Assembly: GCA_040755995.1 (NCBI GenBank)
Contig: JBFMAF010000004.1
Location: forward strand, 32,001 to 96,000
Source of the DNA: Acidobacteriota bacterium
Lineage (GTDB): Bacteria; Acidobacteriota; CAIWXX01
DNA length: 64,000 nucleotides
Direction of reading: 5' to 3'
Below, piece by piece: positions 46,319-57,741 of the stretch. The notes beneath the pieces were generated by a model. That model saw only the letters and a list, made by a program, of their open reading frames with translations, made no database searches and was not told where the DNA came from. A program made the translations under genes and the position numbers. Numbering within the stretch: position 1 is the first letter of the stretch; each line of letters starts with the position of its first letter.

Positions 46319-48871
46319 ATGATCACGCGTCTGGAGACATTCCAGGTTGTACCGGCGATACCTGAGCGATTACTCGGATTGCAGGAGCTTGCATATAACC
46401 TTCTGTGGTCATGGGACGAGGAGATGCGTGTCGTCTTCAGCCGTGTGGATCGCAACCTCTGGCTCGGAACGAACCAGAATCCCGTGGCGCTGCTGGGCCT
46501 GGTCTCGCAACAGCGCCTCGAGGAACTTGCGGCCGACGACAGCTTCATGTCCTTTTACGAGCGCGTGTACGAGCGATTCAAGGCGTATCTCAAGGAGACG
46601 ACCTGGTGGGACAAGCGCTACCAGGAGCGGCCGCTGGTCGCCTATTTCTCGACGGAGTACGGCCTGACCGAGTGCCTGCCGATCTACTCAGGCGGCCTCG
46701 GCGTGCTGTCCGCCGATCATCTCAAGAGCGCGAGCGACCTGGGCCTGCCGCTGGTCGGCGTAGGATTGCTCTATCAGCAGGGCTATTTCCGCCAGTACCT
46801 GACCTCAGACGGCTGGCAGCAGGAATCCTATCCGATCAATGATTTCTACAACCTGCCGATTTCACGCGTGCAGGATGCGCAGGGCAACCCGTTGCGGATC
46901 GTGATATGGCTGGCCGGCGAACGGCTGCTGGTGGAGGTCTGGAAGGCGCAGGTGGGGAGGCTCCCTCTCTATCTCCTCGACACCAACGCGCCCGAGAATC
47001 CGAAGCACCTCCAGGACATCACCGACCAGCTCTACGGCGGCGATCAGGAGACCCGTATCCGCCAGGAGATAGTGCTGGGCGTGGGCGGTCTTCGCGCGCT
47101 CCACGCTATGGGACTGCGTCCTTCGGTCTGCCACATGAACGAGGGGCACTCGGCTTTTCTGTCGATCGAGCGGATCCGGATCCTGATGAAGGAGAACGGG
47201 TTGACTTTTGCCGAGGCGCTGGAAGCCGCGCGCGCTGGGGCGGTCTTCACCACCCACACGTCCGTGCCCGCCGGCTTCGACATCTTCCCGCCCGAGCTCG
47301 TGGACAAGTACTTCGGCGAGACCATGCGCGAGATGGGCGTATCGCGCGACGTACTCCTGGGGCTCGGGCGCAACGTTCCCACCGACCCGCAGGAAGGCTT
47401 GAACATGGCGGTGCTTGCCGTGCACTGCTCGTCCTCTGCCAACGGAGTCAGCAGGCTGCATGGGGAGGTATCCCGAGCTCTGCTGCGCCAGTGCATGCCG
47501 AGCGTCCCGGAGCACGAAGTTCCGGTGGGGCATGTGACGAACGGCGCGCATACACGCAGCTGGATTTCACGCGAGATGGCTGCGCTGTTCGACCGGTATC
47601 TCGGTGCCGAATGGTGGCGCCGTCCAGGGCAGCCCATCACATGGGAAGGGGTGGACAGCATACCCGACGAGGAGATCTGGGCCACTCACGAGCGGCGGCG
47701 CGAACGGCTGGTCTCGTTCACCCGCCGCAGGCTCGTGCGCCAGCTGGAACAACGCGGCGCCGCGCAGGCCCTGATCGAACGCGCCCGCGGCATCATGGAC
47801 ACTCGCACCCTCACGATCGGCTTCGCGCGCCGCTTCGCGACGTACAAGCGGGCCAACCTGCTGCTCCGCGACCAGCAGCGCCTCAAGAAGATCCTGCTCG
47901 ATCCCAATCGCCCGGTGCAGCTCATCTTCGCCGGCAAGGCACATCCCAGGGATACCGAAGCGAAGGAGATCCTCAAGAGCATCGTGGGCTTCTGCCAGCA
48001 GGATGACATGCGTCGTCACGCGGTGTTCCTCGAGGACTACGACCTCGTCATCGCACGATACCTCGTGCAGGGGTGCGATGTGTGGCTGAACACGCCGCGA
48101 CGCGGGATGGAGGCGAGCGGCACCAGCGGGATCAAGGTGCTGCCAAACGGAGTGCTCAATCTGAGCATCCTCGACGGGTGGTGGTGCGAAGGCTTTCAGC
48201 CCGACGTCGGGTGGGCTATCGGCAAGGGCGAAGACTACCAGGATCACAGCTACCAGGACTACGTCGAGTCGAATGCGCTCTTCGATCTGCTTGAGAACGA
48301 CATCGTCCCGCTCTTCTACCAGAGGCAGGCGGACGGGCTGCCCCGAGGCTGGATCGCGCGGATGAAGCGGTCCATGAAGACTCTCTGTCCCGCCTTCAGC
48401 AGCAACCGGATGCTGTGGGAGTATGCGGAGCGGTACTATCTGCCCGCGGCGCGTTACTACGCCTCTCTGACCGAAAACAACATGGCGCGGGCGCGCGACC
48501 TCGCCGCCTGGAAGAAGCGCCTTCGAGAGGGGTGGAGCCAGGTGAGGATCGAGGGAGTCGAAGCCACCGACTCGGGTACGCACCGGGTCGGCGAGGGGTA
48601 CGAGGTGAAGGCCAAGATTCGACTCGGATCGATAGCGCCGGCCCACGTCAGCGTCGAGCTCTACTATGGCGCCCTTGACGCGCAGCGTCAGATCGTGGAG
48701 CCGCGGGGTGCTCCGATGCGGCTCGACGCTTCCCTGCAAGGTGGACTGCACCGGTACGTCGGTGTCATCCCGTGTGATCGGAGCGGCTTGCAGGGGTACA
48801 CGGTGCGTGTAATCCCGTTCCACCCGGACACCAACAACACCATGAGCATGGGGCTGATTGCCTGGTGGTAG
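46319..48871 (+). CDS. glgP: Alpha-glucan (glycogen) phosphorylase
   Basis: YSGGLGVL, HMNEGH, FARRFATYKR, PLP site EASGTSGIK. Confidence 0.96.
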   Translation: MITRLETFQVVPAIPERLLGLQELAYNLLWSWDEEMRVVFSRVDRNLWLGTNQNPVALLGLVSQQRLEELAADDSFMSFYERVYERFKAYLKETTWWDKRYQERPLVAYFSTEYGLTECLPIYSGGLGVLSADHLKSASDLGLPLVGVGLLYQQGYFRQYLTSDGWQQESYPINDFYNLPISRVQDAQGNPLRIVIWLAGERLLVEVWKAQVGRLPLYLLDTNAPENPKHLQDITDQLYGGDQETRIRQEIVLGVGGLRALHAMGLRPSVCHMNEGHSAFLSIERIRILMKENGLTFAEALEAARAGAVFTTHTSVPAGFDIFPPELVDKYFGETMREMGVSRDVLLGLGRNVPTDPQEGLNMAVLAVHCSSSANGVSRLHGEVSRALLRQCMPSVPEHEVPVGHVTNGAHTRSWISREMAALFDRYLGAEWWRRPGQPITWEGVDSIPDEEIWATHERRRERLVSFTRRRLVRQLEQRGAAQALIERARGIMDTRTLTIGFARRFATYKRANLLLRDQQRLKKILLDPNRPVQLIFAGKAHPRDTEAKEILKSIVGFCQQDDMRRHAVFLEDYDLVIARYLVQGCDVWLNTPRRGMEASGTSGIKVLPNGVLNLSILDGWWCEGFQPDVGWAIGKGEDYQDHSYQDYVESNALFDLLENDIVPLFYQRQADGLPRGWIARMKRSMKTLCPAFSSNRMLWEYAERYYLPAARYYASLTENNMARARDLAAWKKRLREGWSQVRIEGVEATDSGTHRVGEGYEVKAKIRLGSIAPAHVSVELYYGALDAQRQIVEPRGAPMRLDASLQGGLHRYVGVIPCDRSGLQGYTVRVIPFHPDTNNTMSMGLIAWW

Positions 48872-48925
48872 GAGTGGGAGCCGAGCGTAACCCGGCGGCA
48901 CCGCCCGTGCATTTGTGACGCTGCC

Positions 48926-49987
48926 GTGAACGTGAACGGATCGTCGCGGTATGCACCGTTCAGGTGCCACAGGGCGATCGGAATTCACCTCGGCCGCTTG
49001 ATCGCACTGCTGCTGCTGCTCGCCCCGGCCCTGTCCGCGGCGGGTGAATCTCAAACCGGCTCCCCGTTCATGCGGGGCGTTGCGCTCGGGCTCTTCTCAC
49101 AAGACAGGTCTTACAACTACGAGCGCGAGATCGACCAGATAAAGGCGCTGAACGCGAACTACATCTCTCTCGTCGTCAACATGGTCCAGGACAATGTGAA
49201 GTCGGAGGGCGTGTACCGCCCCGAGAGCGCTCCATCCGATGAGACGATTGCGCGGGTTGCGGCCGTGGCCCACTCGCGCGGGCTTTCGGTCTTCCTGTTT
49301 CCGATCATTTACGTTGTGGACGTGCGGCCGGGGAAATGGCGCGGCACGATCGATCCGCCCAGTTGGGACCGGTGGTTCGAGTCATACAACCGCATCCTGT
49401 TCGACTATGCCGATCTGGCGCAGAAGCACGGCATCGAGCTGCTGCTGGTGGGCTGCGAACAGATCAGCTCGGAGAAGCGCAACGATCTCTGGCTGAAGCT
49501 GATCGCGGGCATTCGACAGCGATACCACGGCAAGCTCATCTATTCGTCCAACTGGGACCGGTTGTCGAAGGAGAGCTTCCTGGACAAGCTCGATTACCTC
49601 GGTTCGAACGCCTACTTCGAGCTCGCGCGCTCGAACCACCCGAACAAGCAGGAGCTCTTGTACAACTGGAAGCGAATCCAGCAAAGGTACGATGAATGGC
49701 GGGCGAAGTTCCACAAGCCGCTCGTCTTCACCGAAATCGGCTACCCTTCGGCCGACGGCTGCAGCCAGAACCCATGGGACTACACCACCAACGCACCGGT
49801 GGACCTGGAGGAGCAGGCGCTGTGCTATGAGGCATTCTTTCAAAGCTGGAAAGGGATCGAGTATCTGCACGGGGCCTTCGTCTACGCATGGTGGGGAGAC
49901 GGCGGCCCGCTCGACCGCAGCTACACCCCCCGTGGAAAACCAGCAGAGGCAGTTCTGAAGGAGTGGTTCCTCCACCGCTTCCCCTAG
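48926..49987 (+). CDS. GH113-family glycoside hydrolase
   Basis: WRGTI, VGCE, YSSNWD, FTEIGYPS, EQA.CY. Start uncertain. Confidence 0.8.
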   Translation: MNVNGSSRYAPFRCHRAIGIHLGRLIALLLLLAPALSAAGESQTGSPFMRGVALGLFSQDRSYNYEREIDQIKALNANYISLVVNMVQDNVKSEGVYRPESAPSDETIARVAAVAHSRGLSVFLFPIIYVVDVRPGKWRGTIDPPSWDRWFESYNRILFDYADLAQKHGIELLLVGCEQISSEKRNDLWLKLIAGIRQRYHGKLIYSSNWDRLSKESFLDKLDYLGSNAYFELARSNHPNKQELLYNWKRIQQRYDEWRAKFHKPLVFTEIGYPSADGCSQNPWDYTTNAPVDLEEQALCYEAFFQSWKGIEYLHGAFVYAWWGDGGPLDRSYTPRGKPAEAVLKEWFLHRFP

Positions 49988-50154
49988 ATCATCCGCCGGC
50001 GGCTCTCCACAGCGCGACTCATGTCGCGCTGTATGACGGGCCTCCGCCGTGCCGAGCCAGAACTGTCACCCGGGGATCAAAGAACAAGTTGAGTCCACCA
50101 TGGCAGTTCTGGTACTATCGGTCCCTGGTTGCTTTCGCAAAAGGAGAGGGTCTT

Positions 50155-51498
50155 GTGGGCGCGTGGTGTCTGAGAGTCCACCTGTCGCTGGCCTTGTTGG
50201 CTGCCTGCCAGAGCCCTGCGCTCTCACAGCAGGTCGCGTGGTCGCTGCGATGGGGTGGGGTCGAGGCGCGAGACGCTGCGCAGGGGATCGGGCTGGACGC
50301 GACAGGCGGTCTGTCGGTGGGCGGCGATACGATGGGATTGGGAGCCTACCCCGGCACGCACGATCTGCTTCTGCTGAAGTACGATCCTGCGGGCGCGCTG
50401 CAGTGGGCACGCACGTGGGGTGCGCAGGGCGAGGATTATGGATACGACGTGGCGGCCGGTCCCGGCGGCGAGAGCACGCTGGTCGGTCGATCCGACTCGT
50501 TCTCCAGCTCGTTCGATGCGCTGATCGTCAAGTACGATCCGCAGGGCAACCTGGTGTGGGCTCGCACGTGGGGCGGGCCGGGCGGCGAGGCTGCCACCGG
50601 CGCAGCCCAGGATCCGGAAGGGAATCTCTACGTAACGGGGTACACGACAAGCTTCGGCGCCGGCGACTACGATCTATTTCTGTTGCGTTACGATCCCGCG
50701 GGGAACGTTCAGTGGGCCAGAACGTGGGGCGGGCGGGCCAATGACACCGGCTACACGGCATACCAGCCCGACGTCACGCTCGACGTGTTCGGCAACGTTT
50801 ACGTCGTCTCCAGCACCTATAGCTTCGGTTCGAACGCAGGCTTCGGGGAAGATGTCGTCGTGCTGAAGTACGATCCAACGGGTGTGCTGCAGTGGGCGAA
50901 GACCTGGGGCACCGGCGCGGAGTTCGAAGAGGCCCAGGCTGTGTCGGTGGACGCGAGAGGCAACCTCCTGATCGCGGGCATGGTCACCTCGGATGCGTTG
51001 AGCTACGACGCTTTCGTGCTGTCGCTAGACTCTTCGGGCTTTCTGAACTGGGGCCGCCGCCTGGACGTGAGCGGCGACGACGAGCTCATCACGATCGACC
51101 TCGACATCGAAGGCAACATCTATGCCGCCGGCATCTCCGCGGGATCCTCTTATGATCTGCTTCTCGCGAAGTTGGACGGCGCGGGCGACACCATCTGGGT
51201 CCGTAAGTGGGGTGCCGAGGGCAACGACTACGCCTGTGCGGCGGTGTGCTCGGAGGCCGGCCTGACGCTGGCCGGTGTGGACTACAGCGTCGGAGCCGCC
51301 GTACTCGAGTCGCCCGAATTCACCATGAGCGCATTGCCGCCGGTTTCAGCGGCACCCGTCTCCGGCGCAATCGAGACGACGCCTGTCGCCGTCGAGTCGA
51401 CGCCACAAGGCACTCAGACCGCCCCGTCCGGCGCCAGCGAAGGCTCCGTAAGCGGCAACGTGCTGGTGCTGGCGCTGCGGACGCGCGATACCAACTGA
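50155..51498 (+). CDS. Secreted SBBP-type beta-propeller repeat protein
   Basis: Repeats of D..LLKYDP.G.LQWARTWG; GTG start after AAGGAGAGG. Confidence 0.85.
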   Translation: MGAWCLRVHLSLALLAACQSPALSQQVAWSLRWGGVEARDAAQGIGLDATGGLSVGGDTMGLGAYPGTHDLLLLKYDPAGALQWARTWGAQGEDYGYDVAAGPGGESTLVGRSDSFSSSFDALIVKYDPQGNLVWARTWGGPGGEAATGAAQDPEGNLYVTGYTTSFGAGDYDLFLLRYDPAGNVQWARTWGGRANDTGYTAYQPDVTLDVFGNVYVVSSTYSFGSNAGFGEDVVVLKYDPTGVLQWAKTWGTGAEFEEAQAVSVDARGNLLIAGMVTSDALSYDAFVLSLDSSGFLNWGRRLDVSGDDELITIDLDIEGNIYAAGISAGSSYDLLLAKLDGAGDTIWVRKWGAEGNDYACAAVCSEAGLTLAGVDYSVGAAVLESPEFTMSALPPVSAAPVSGAIETTPVAVESTPQGTQTAPSGASEGSVSGNVLVLALRTRDTN

Positions 51499-51557
51499 AC
51501 AGGGGCTGTCGCGGCCCGGAGCCCTGGTCGTCTGCCTGTGTTCGTTTGTCCAGAAGG

Positions 51558-54218
51558 CTAGGTCGAGCTCAAAGCTTCGCGGATCTTGATCGCAAGCTCG
51601 ACCCGGCTGAACGGCTTCTGGAGGAACGGCACTTGGGGATCGAGCTGGCCATGGCGGAGGATGGCGTCGCCGACGTAACCCGATGTGTAGAGCACCTTGA
51701 GATTTCGATGCCTCCGCACCAGACGTTCCGCCAACACCCGCCCATCCATCCCGGGCATGACCAGGTCAGTGACAAGAAGGTCAGGCCTTAGACCCTCTTC
51801 CTCGACCGCGATCAGCGCCTCGCCGCCGTTGGCCGCCGCTCTCACCCGGTAGCCCAGGTTCGCAATCATCCGCTCGAAGAGGCTCCGTAGAACCGGCTCG
51901 TCCTCGACCACCAGCACCAGTTCTCCTTCGCCGCGGGGCGCCCTGGTTTCAAGCATGACGCCCTGCGTCAGCTCAGCATCCACCCGCGGCAGGTACACTT
52001 TGAAAACGGTGCCCTTCCCGAGCTCGCTGTAGACCCATATGTTTCCCTCGGACTGTTTGACGATGCCGTAGACCGTCGCGAGCCCGAGGCCCGTGCCTTC
52101 TCCATGGCCCTTGGTAGTGAAGAAGGGCTCGAACAGCCTGCTCTTTGTTCTCTCGTCCATCCCGCAGCCCGTGTCGGAGATCGCCAGCATCACGTGAGGT
52201 CCGGCGGTCGCGTCCACATGGTTCCGAGCGTATTCCTCGTCGAGCATGACGTTGGCGGTCTCGATGGTAAGCGTGCCACCCTGCGGCATGGCGTCGCGCG
52301 CATTTACAGCTAGGTTCATGATGACCTGTTCGATCTGGCCAGGATCGGCCCTTACCCTGCCCAGGCCGTCGTCCAGCGCCAGCACGAACTCGATGTCTTC
52401 GCCGATCAATCGCCTGAGCATCTTCTCTATGTTCCCCACCAGAACGTTCAAGTCCAGCACCTCGGGCTTCAGAGTCTGCTTGCGGCTGAAGGCCAGCAGC
52501 TGGCGCGTGAGCGCCGCCGCGCGCTCGGCGCAGCCTTTGATCTGTATCAGATCCTTGGCGAGAGGGTCTTCATCCCTCAGGCCGTGCATCATGAGGTCGC
52601 AGTAGGCCATCTGAGCGGTGAGTATGTTGTTGAAGTCATGCGCCACGCCGCCCGCGAGTCGCCCTACGGCTTCGAGTTTCTGGGCCTGCCTGAGCTGTTC
52701 CTGGGCGTCCGCGAGGGCCGCAGTGGACTTGTCCCGCTCGTTCCCAATCTCTATGCCGCGCAGGGCGAACGCGAGATCGCCCGCTGCTTCCCTCAGCAGA
52801 TCCTGCTCCTCCCGGCTCCCGGTCAAGTCGGCCGGGAGGCAGGTCACCATGAATCCGTACGACTTTCCCTCCTGTTCCAGGCCGATGACCATGATGTCCC
52901 GGTCAATGCACATCTCGGCCGCGCCCGGGCATGACCTGCAGAGCCGATCACGATTCTTCCGCACGACACTCCTGCGGCTTGACATGGCCCGCCGGGCGCA
53001 ATGGGGCACATCCCCGCGCTCCAGCATTTCGCGCAGATAAGCCAGCTCTCGTCCCGCGCCCGCGTGCGCCAGAACGCGCCCGCCCGTCGCGTCTGTCAAC
53101 CCCACCACGACGGAATGGAATCCGCGGGCCTCCACGAGCAGGTCGCAAGTCTTCTGGATCAGGCGGTCCCGGTTCTTCTCTTTGGTGATGAGCTGGTTCA
53201 CGCTCCTGATGCCGCGCAGCACGGCGTTGAGGTGCGCGATCCTGGCTTCGGCCTGCCTCTTCGCCAGAAACACGGCTACATGGTCGGCGATCCGCCTGTA
53301 CAGGGCGATCAACTCCGGCGTGAAACGCCCTCGCTGCTTGTCGTTGAACTGTATCAGCCCGAACGTCTCCTTGCCGGAACGCATCGGGATGAGAGCCACA
53401 GACTCGTAACCCACGCTGTTGCAGCGGTTGCGCGTGCGCGCCAGCCGATCCTTGTCGGTCGTGGTCGCGAGCAGCTCGGTCGTGCAATTACTCCAGAAGC
53501 TGCCGTCGGTCGTGAAGAAAGTCTTCGAGGGGTCGAATTTTCCGCAGAGGATGTTGCCGCACATGCAATCCAGGATAGGATTGCCTTCGGCGTCGCACTC
53601 AACTTCACCTTCCTCGTTGTATGAGCATAGATGTCTTTCCATCCGAACGAATTCCTCGGGAAATCCCGAGGTCAAGAAATAGGGGAAGTCCGACCCCTCT
53701 TTGAGCCGGATGCCGACAGCCTCGCACTGAGACCAGCTCCTCAGGCGGCCTAACATGGATTTCAACAAGACTTCACCGTTCTCGGCTGTGTTGATCAGCT
53801 GCAGCACTTCGTACATGACGCGCTGTTCCTCTTCGGCGCGCTTGCGCTCGGTGATCTCCAGAGAGAGGATGAACACGCCCTCGGGCACCGGCTCGAACCT
53901 GAGCTCGAACCATCCCCTGGACCCGTCGGGGAAGGTGAACTGGTTTTCCATCCGATGCGGAATCCGAGCATCCATGCATTGCCGGAGGACGGGGAACATC
54001 GGCGCGTACTCGATGCCCGGATAGGCGTCCATCACTGTACGGCCGAGAAGCTGCTCCTTCGGCCTGCGCCCCTGGCGGCAGGCGGCCTCGTTGACGTACA
54101 GGTACCGCCAGTCGGGGCCGATGATCTGGCAGCCTTCGAGGAGGTTGTCCAGGATGTCATGGGAGCTGCCCGCGAGCGGCGACCGGGCGATCCCTGGTTC
54201 ATGCGATTCCTTCGTCAT
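51558..54218 (-). CDS. Hybrid sensor histidine kinase (PAS-GAF-GAF-HisKA-HATPase-REC)
   Basis: AHDFNNIL H-box, NLAVNARDA, DTGCG, GTGLGL, VVEDE...TDLVMP...KPF. Confidence 0.95.
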   Translation of the reverse strand: MTKESHEPGIARSPLAGSSHDILDNLLEGCQIIGPDWRYLYVNEAACRQGRRPKEQLLGRTVMDAYPGIEYAPMFPVLRQCMDARIPHRMENQFTFPDGSRGWFELRFEPVPEGVFILSLEITERKRAEEEQRVMYEVLQLINTAENGEVLLKSMLGRLRSWSQCEAVGIRLKEGSDFPYFLTSGFPEEFVRMERHLCSYNEEGEVECDAEGNPILDCMCGNILCGKFDPSKTFFTTDGSFWSNCTTELLATTTDKDRLARTRNRCNSVGYESVALIPMRSGKETFGLIQFNDKQRGRFTPELIALYRRIADHVAVFLAKRQAEARIAHLNAVLRGIRSVNQLITKEKNRDRLIQKTCDLLVEARGFHSVVVGLTDATGGRVLAHAGAGRELAYLREMLERGDVPHCARRAMSSRRSVVRKNRDRLCRSCPGAAEMCIDRDIMVIGLEQEGKSYGFMVTCLPADLTGSREEQDLLREAAGDLAFALRGIEIGNERDKSTAALADAQEQLRQAQKLEAVGRLAGGVAHDFNNILTAQMAYCDLMMHGLRDEDPLAKDLIQIKGCAERAAALTRQLLAFSRKQTLKPEVLDLNVLVGNIEKMLRRLIGEDIEFVLALDDGLGRVRADPGQIEQVIMNLAVNARDAMPQGGTLTIETANVMLDEEYARNHVDATAGPHVMLAISDTGCGMDERTKSRLFEPFFTTKGHGEGTGLGLATVYGIVKQSEGNIWVYSELGKGTVFKVYLPRVDAELTQGVMLETRAPRGEGELVLVVEDEPVLRSLFERMIANLGYRVRAAANGGEALIAVEEEGLRPDLLVTDLVMPGMDGRVLAERLVRRHRNLKVLYTSGYVGDAILRHGQLDPQVPFLQKPFSRVELAIKIREALSST

Positions 54219-54917
54219 GCCCTCTCAATGCTCCAGTTGCATGCATCCTGCCGTGAACTCTATGTGCGATTCAGTGGCGAAACAGCCGGCAGCCGCTCGC
54301 CCACACGCGTTCTAAGAGGCATCACGGCATCTGGTGCGTGCAAACGAATCGTTGCTTGAGCCCCCGCTCTTGAGCACACCGCTCAGAGACGGCCGCAGTC
54401 TATATTTGACCGAGGCTTGCGGCGTGCACTCACATCGCCCGTCGTCTGCCCTCTCGAGTCATGATAGCAAGGCGGGCCGGGGATCTCAACGCCGCGATCT
54501 CTCACTGGCCCCGTTCGCAGCCGAGACATCGGCGACGGCCCCTCTTGGACCCGAGGCCCGCCCCCGTACTCGTCCACCACATCCTCGATCCCTCGACGCG
54601 CCATGTCGGTTCTGGGCATCTCACACCTCCCCTACTGCAGGAAGATTTGGCGAGAAGGCCACATCTTGCGCCGGGCGGTAAAGAAAAGCGAAAAAGTGGT
54701 CCCACGAGGGTGGGAATACCCACGTACCATCGGCAACGCGATGGTCGCGATCGGTAGGTAATCGAGGCGGAAGTGGGTGCCCTGCGCTCGCGCAGCTGAG
54801 AGGACGCAACGGCACTGCCTGGAGCTATCCCGGCGGGCGGCGCGTCACCCGGCCTGGGTTGGCCGGAACACTTGTTGTGGACCTATGCTCCGCGATGCTC
54901 GCGCCCCAGCGACAGCC

Positions 54918-55913
54918 TCACCCGTTCAGGTGGCGCATCGCCGACTCGGGGTAGCGCTGCCCGGCAGCCGCACCTTTGGGTGCCGCCGAGTCAATGCGCT
55001 TGAGCTCCTCTTGAGAGAGGACGATGTCGATGGCGGCGACGTTCTCGTCGAGGTGATCGCGGCGCGCCGTGCCGGGGATCGGGACAATGTCAGCGCCCTG
55101 CGCGAGCACCCAGGCGAGTGCGAGTTGGGAGGGCTTCACGCGCTTCTCGAGCGCAAGCTCGCGGACACGGTGCACCAGCTCCAGGTTCTTCGCAAAATTC
55201 TCGCCCTGGAAGCGGGGCGAATGCCGGCGATAGTCGCCCTCGGGGATGTCCTCGAACCGCCGGAAGCGTCCCGTGAGGAAGCCTCGGCCCAGCGGGCTGT
55301 AAGGCACGAAACCGATGCCGAGCTCGCGGATAGTGGGAATGATCTCATCCTCCGGATCGCGACTCCAGAGCGAGTACTCCGTCTGAAGCGCCGAGATGGG
55401 ATGGACCTTATGGGCGCGGCGGATCGTGGCCGGTGCCGCCTCGGAGAGCCCGAGGAAGCGCACCTTGCCGGCGCGCACGAGCTCGGCCATTGTGCCGACT
55501 GTCTCCTCTATCGGAATCGTCCGATCCACGCGATGCTGGTAGTAGAGGTCGATGTGGTCCGTGCCAAGACGTTGGAGCGACGCTTCGCACGCCTCGCGGA
55601 CGTATTCCGGTTTGCCGTTAACGCCGGCCCAGCTGCCGTCCGGGCCGCGTAGATTCCCGAACTTCGTGGCGAGGACCACGTGCTGGCGGCGGCCGCGGAT
55701 CGCTCGTCCGACCAGCAGCTCGTTCTTCAAAGGCCCATAGACGTCGGCCGTGTCGAGGAAGTTCACGCCAATGTCGAGGGCGTGCTGTATTGTTGCGACA
55801 GACTCAGCCTCCGTCGCCCCCGCGTAGAACTCGCTCATGCCCATGCAACCCAAGCCAAGCCGCGAGACCTCGGGCCCCGAGGCGCCGAGTTTCCGATATT
55901 TCATGTTCTTCAT
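54918..55913 (-). CDS. Aldo/keto reductase
   Basis: [34 protein letters not shown]. Confidence 0.96.
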   Translation of the reverse strand: MKNMKYRKLGASGPEVSRLGLGCMGMSEFYAGATEAESVATIQHALDIGVNFLDTADVYGPLKNELLVGRAIRGRRQHVVLATKFGNLRGPDGSWAGVNGKPEYVREACEASLQRLGTDHIDLYYQHRVDRTIPIEETVGTMAELVRAGKVRFLGLSEAAPATIRRAHKVHPISALQTEYSLWSRDPEDEIIPTIRELGIGFVPYSPLGRGFLTGRFRRFEDIPEGDYRRHSPRFQGENFAKNLELVHRVRELALEKRVKPSQLALAWVLAQGADIVPIPGTARRDHLDENVAAIDIVLSQEELKRIDSAAPKGAAAGQRYPESAMRHLNG

Positions 55914-56145
55914 TTTGACTTCTCCTTAGAGAGTGAGCTTACCAACCAAAGGGCCGTCGCGCCACCCCCCTGCCGAGGGGAGCCGCGACCAGATCTATTT
56001 CAGGAGCGATGGGTTCGGCTGCGTACCCGTGGCCCGACCTGTTGCAGATTGCGACCCCGGTCGGGCATGGGGCCGGCCTTCGACCTGGGAAGGGGAACGA
56101 TAGGAGCTTGCCGGTCCGAGCCTGAGGGGGCATCGCTAGCCGTGC

Positions 56146-56172
56146 TAACTTTTTCTCGATATGGTTGTCTAA
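56146..56172 (+). promoter_or_regulatory. Putative ECF (sigmaE-like) autoregulatory promoter
   Basis: TAACTT-N16-TCTAA, 27 bp upstream of the ECF gene start. Confidence 0.65.
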
Positions 56173-56199
56173 GTATCACGGGAGGGAGAGAGGCGCACA

Positions 56200-56745
56200 G
56201 TGAGATCTGACGAAGAACTGATCGAGGCAACGATCGGCGGCGACTTCGAGGCCTTCGATGAGCTGATGCGGCGATACGAGCGGCTGGTATACCGCGTGGT
56301 CTTCGGTTTCGTGGGTTGTCGGGAGGCGGCCATGGATGTTACACAGAACGTCTTTCTCAAAGCGTTTCGCGGCCTGCGTGGATTTCGCTCGCAAGCCAGC
56401 TTCAAGACCTGGCTGGTTCGAATTTCCTATAACGAGAGCATGAACTGGTCGAGATCCGATCGCCCGCATGCCGATGGCAGAGAGTCGATCGAGGATTTCG
56501 ACGACAAGATCGCCGTGAACGCCACTCAGGAGGGGGAGCTGCTCGCGAACGAGCGGCTTGCCGGCGTGAAGCAGGCGATGGGAAAGCTGAACGATCGCTA
56601 CCGGCTCGCACTTGTTCTTCGCTACTTCCAGGGCCTCGGCCTGGGCGAGATCGCCGAAGTTCTCGGCTGCACGGAAGGGGTTGCGAAGAGCATTCTTTTC
56701 CGCAGCGTCCGATCACTGCGTGAGACGCTGCAGGGAGCCGTTTGA
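56200..56745 (+). CDS. ECF RNA polymerase sigma factor
   Basis: DVTQNVFLKAF, SFKTWL, EIAEVLG...KSILFR. Confidence 0.95.
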   Translation: MRSDEELIEATIGGDFEAFDELMRRYERLVYRVVFGFVGCREAAMDVTQNVFLKAFRGLRGFRSQASFKTWLVRISYNESMNWSRSDRPHADGRESIEDFDDKIAVNATQEGELLANERLAGVKQAMGKLNDRYRLALVLRYFQGLGLGEIAEVLGCTEGVAKSILFRSVRSLRETLQGAV

Positions 56746-56755
56746 GGCAAACACC

Positions 56756-57709
56756 ATGGAACAGGACATTTGCAGGCAACACCAGGAAGCGATGGAACTG
56801 TTGTCCGAACCGAACGCGGGTGTCGAGGAGACCGAGCGTCTGTTGGTGCATATCGGAGAGTGCGCCGATTGCGCTGCGCACTGGGAGCTGCTGGGCCAGC
56901 TCCGCAGCATGGTCGGCGCAGATCTGCCGGCCGCGCATGAGTTTCGAGCTATGCGGCGAGCCGTGATCAAGGAGGCCGCCGGGGGCGCTCGGATCAGCCT
57001 CGGCGCGCGCCTCTCAGCGTGGTTCATGAGGCCGTTGTATGTAGCGGCAGTCATCGTCGCAGCAGTGGGCGTCGGGCTCCTCGGCGGCTGGTTCGCGGGC
57101 GGCAGTCGCGTGATCACCCGCCAGCCGGTGGTGCCGGCAGCCGACGACCTGTTTCTCCATCAGCTCAAGCTGGCCGCCGATCGGCCGGCCGGCATCGATG
57201 ACATCGAGAAGGCGCCTTATGCATATTCGAACGTCTCGATCCGCGGTGCGGGTGAGGGCACGGTAGATCTTTCTTTCAACGTCACTCGTCGCTTTGACGT
57301 GACGCTGCCCAAGAACGACCCGCTGGTCGCCGAAATCCTCGTGCAATCGCTTGTCGCCCCGGTGCCGGTCGGGACCAGGATCCGCGCCATCGACTTCTCA
57401 CAGGACCTGCCGAGTGCCAGGGTTGAAGCGGCGCTGATCCGGGCGATGCTCAGCGACGCGAATCTCGGCGTAAGGTTGAAGGCACAATCGCGGTTGCTGG
57501 AGCGCCCGGCCGACGCGGAGATACTGAAGGCCTTGCTGGAGGTTCTGCAGACTGAGGAGTCGGTGCAGATGAGACTGAAGGCGATCGACTATCTGGCCAG
57601 AAACGCCGTCGACCTCAAGGTACTTGAAAGCGCGGTCGAGCGCCGCGGTGGGGACGCCACTCCCGACGCGGTGTACCTGAAGACGATCGAGCATCGGAGG
57701 GCGAAGTGA
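56756..57709 (+). CDS. Putative anti-sigma factor (zf-HC2, TM, HEAT repeats)
   Basis: C...HIGECADC, one TM, D.NLGVRLKA / E.VQMRLKA HEAT-like repeats. Confidence 0.85.
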   Translation: MEQDICRQHQEAMELLSEPNAGVEETERLLVHIGECADCAAHWELLGQLRSMVGADLPAAHEFRAMRRAVIKEAAGGARISLGARLSAWFMRPLYVAAVIVAAVGVGLLGGWFAGGSRVITRQPVVPAADDLFLHQLKLAADRPAGIDDIEKAPYAYSNVSIRGAGEGTVDLSFNVTRRFDVTLPKNDPLVAEILVQSLVAPVPVGTRIRAIDFSQDLPSARVEAALIRAMLSDANLGVRLKAQSRLLERPADAEILKALLEVLQTEESVQMRLKAIDYLARNAVDLKVLESAVERRGGDATPDAVYLKTIEHRRAK

Positions 57710-57741
57710 GGCAGCATCTTTTATAGTGCAAGGAGGAGTGT

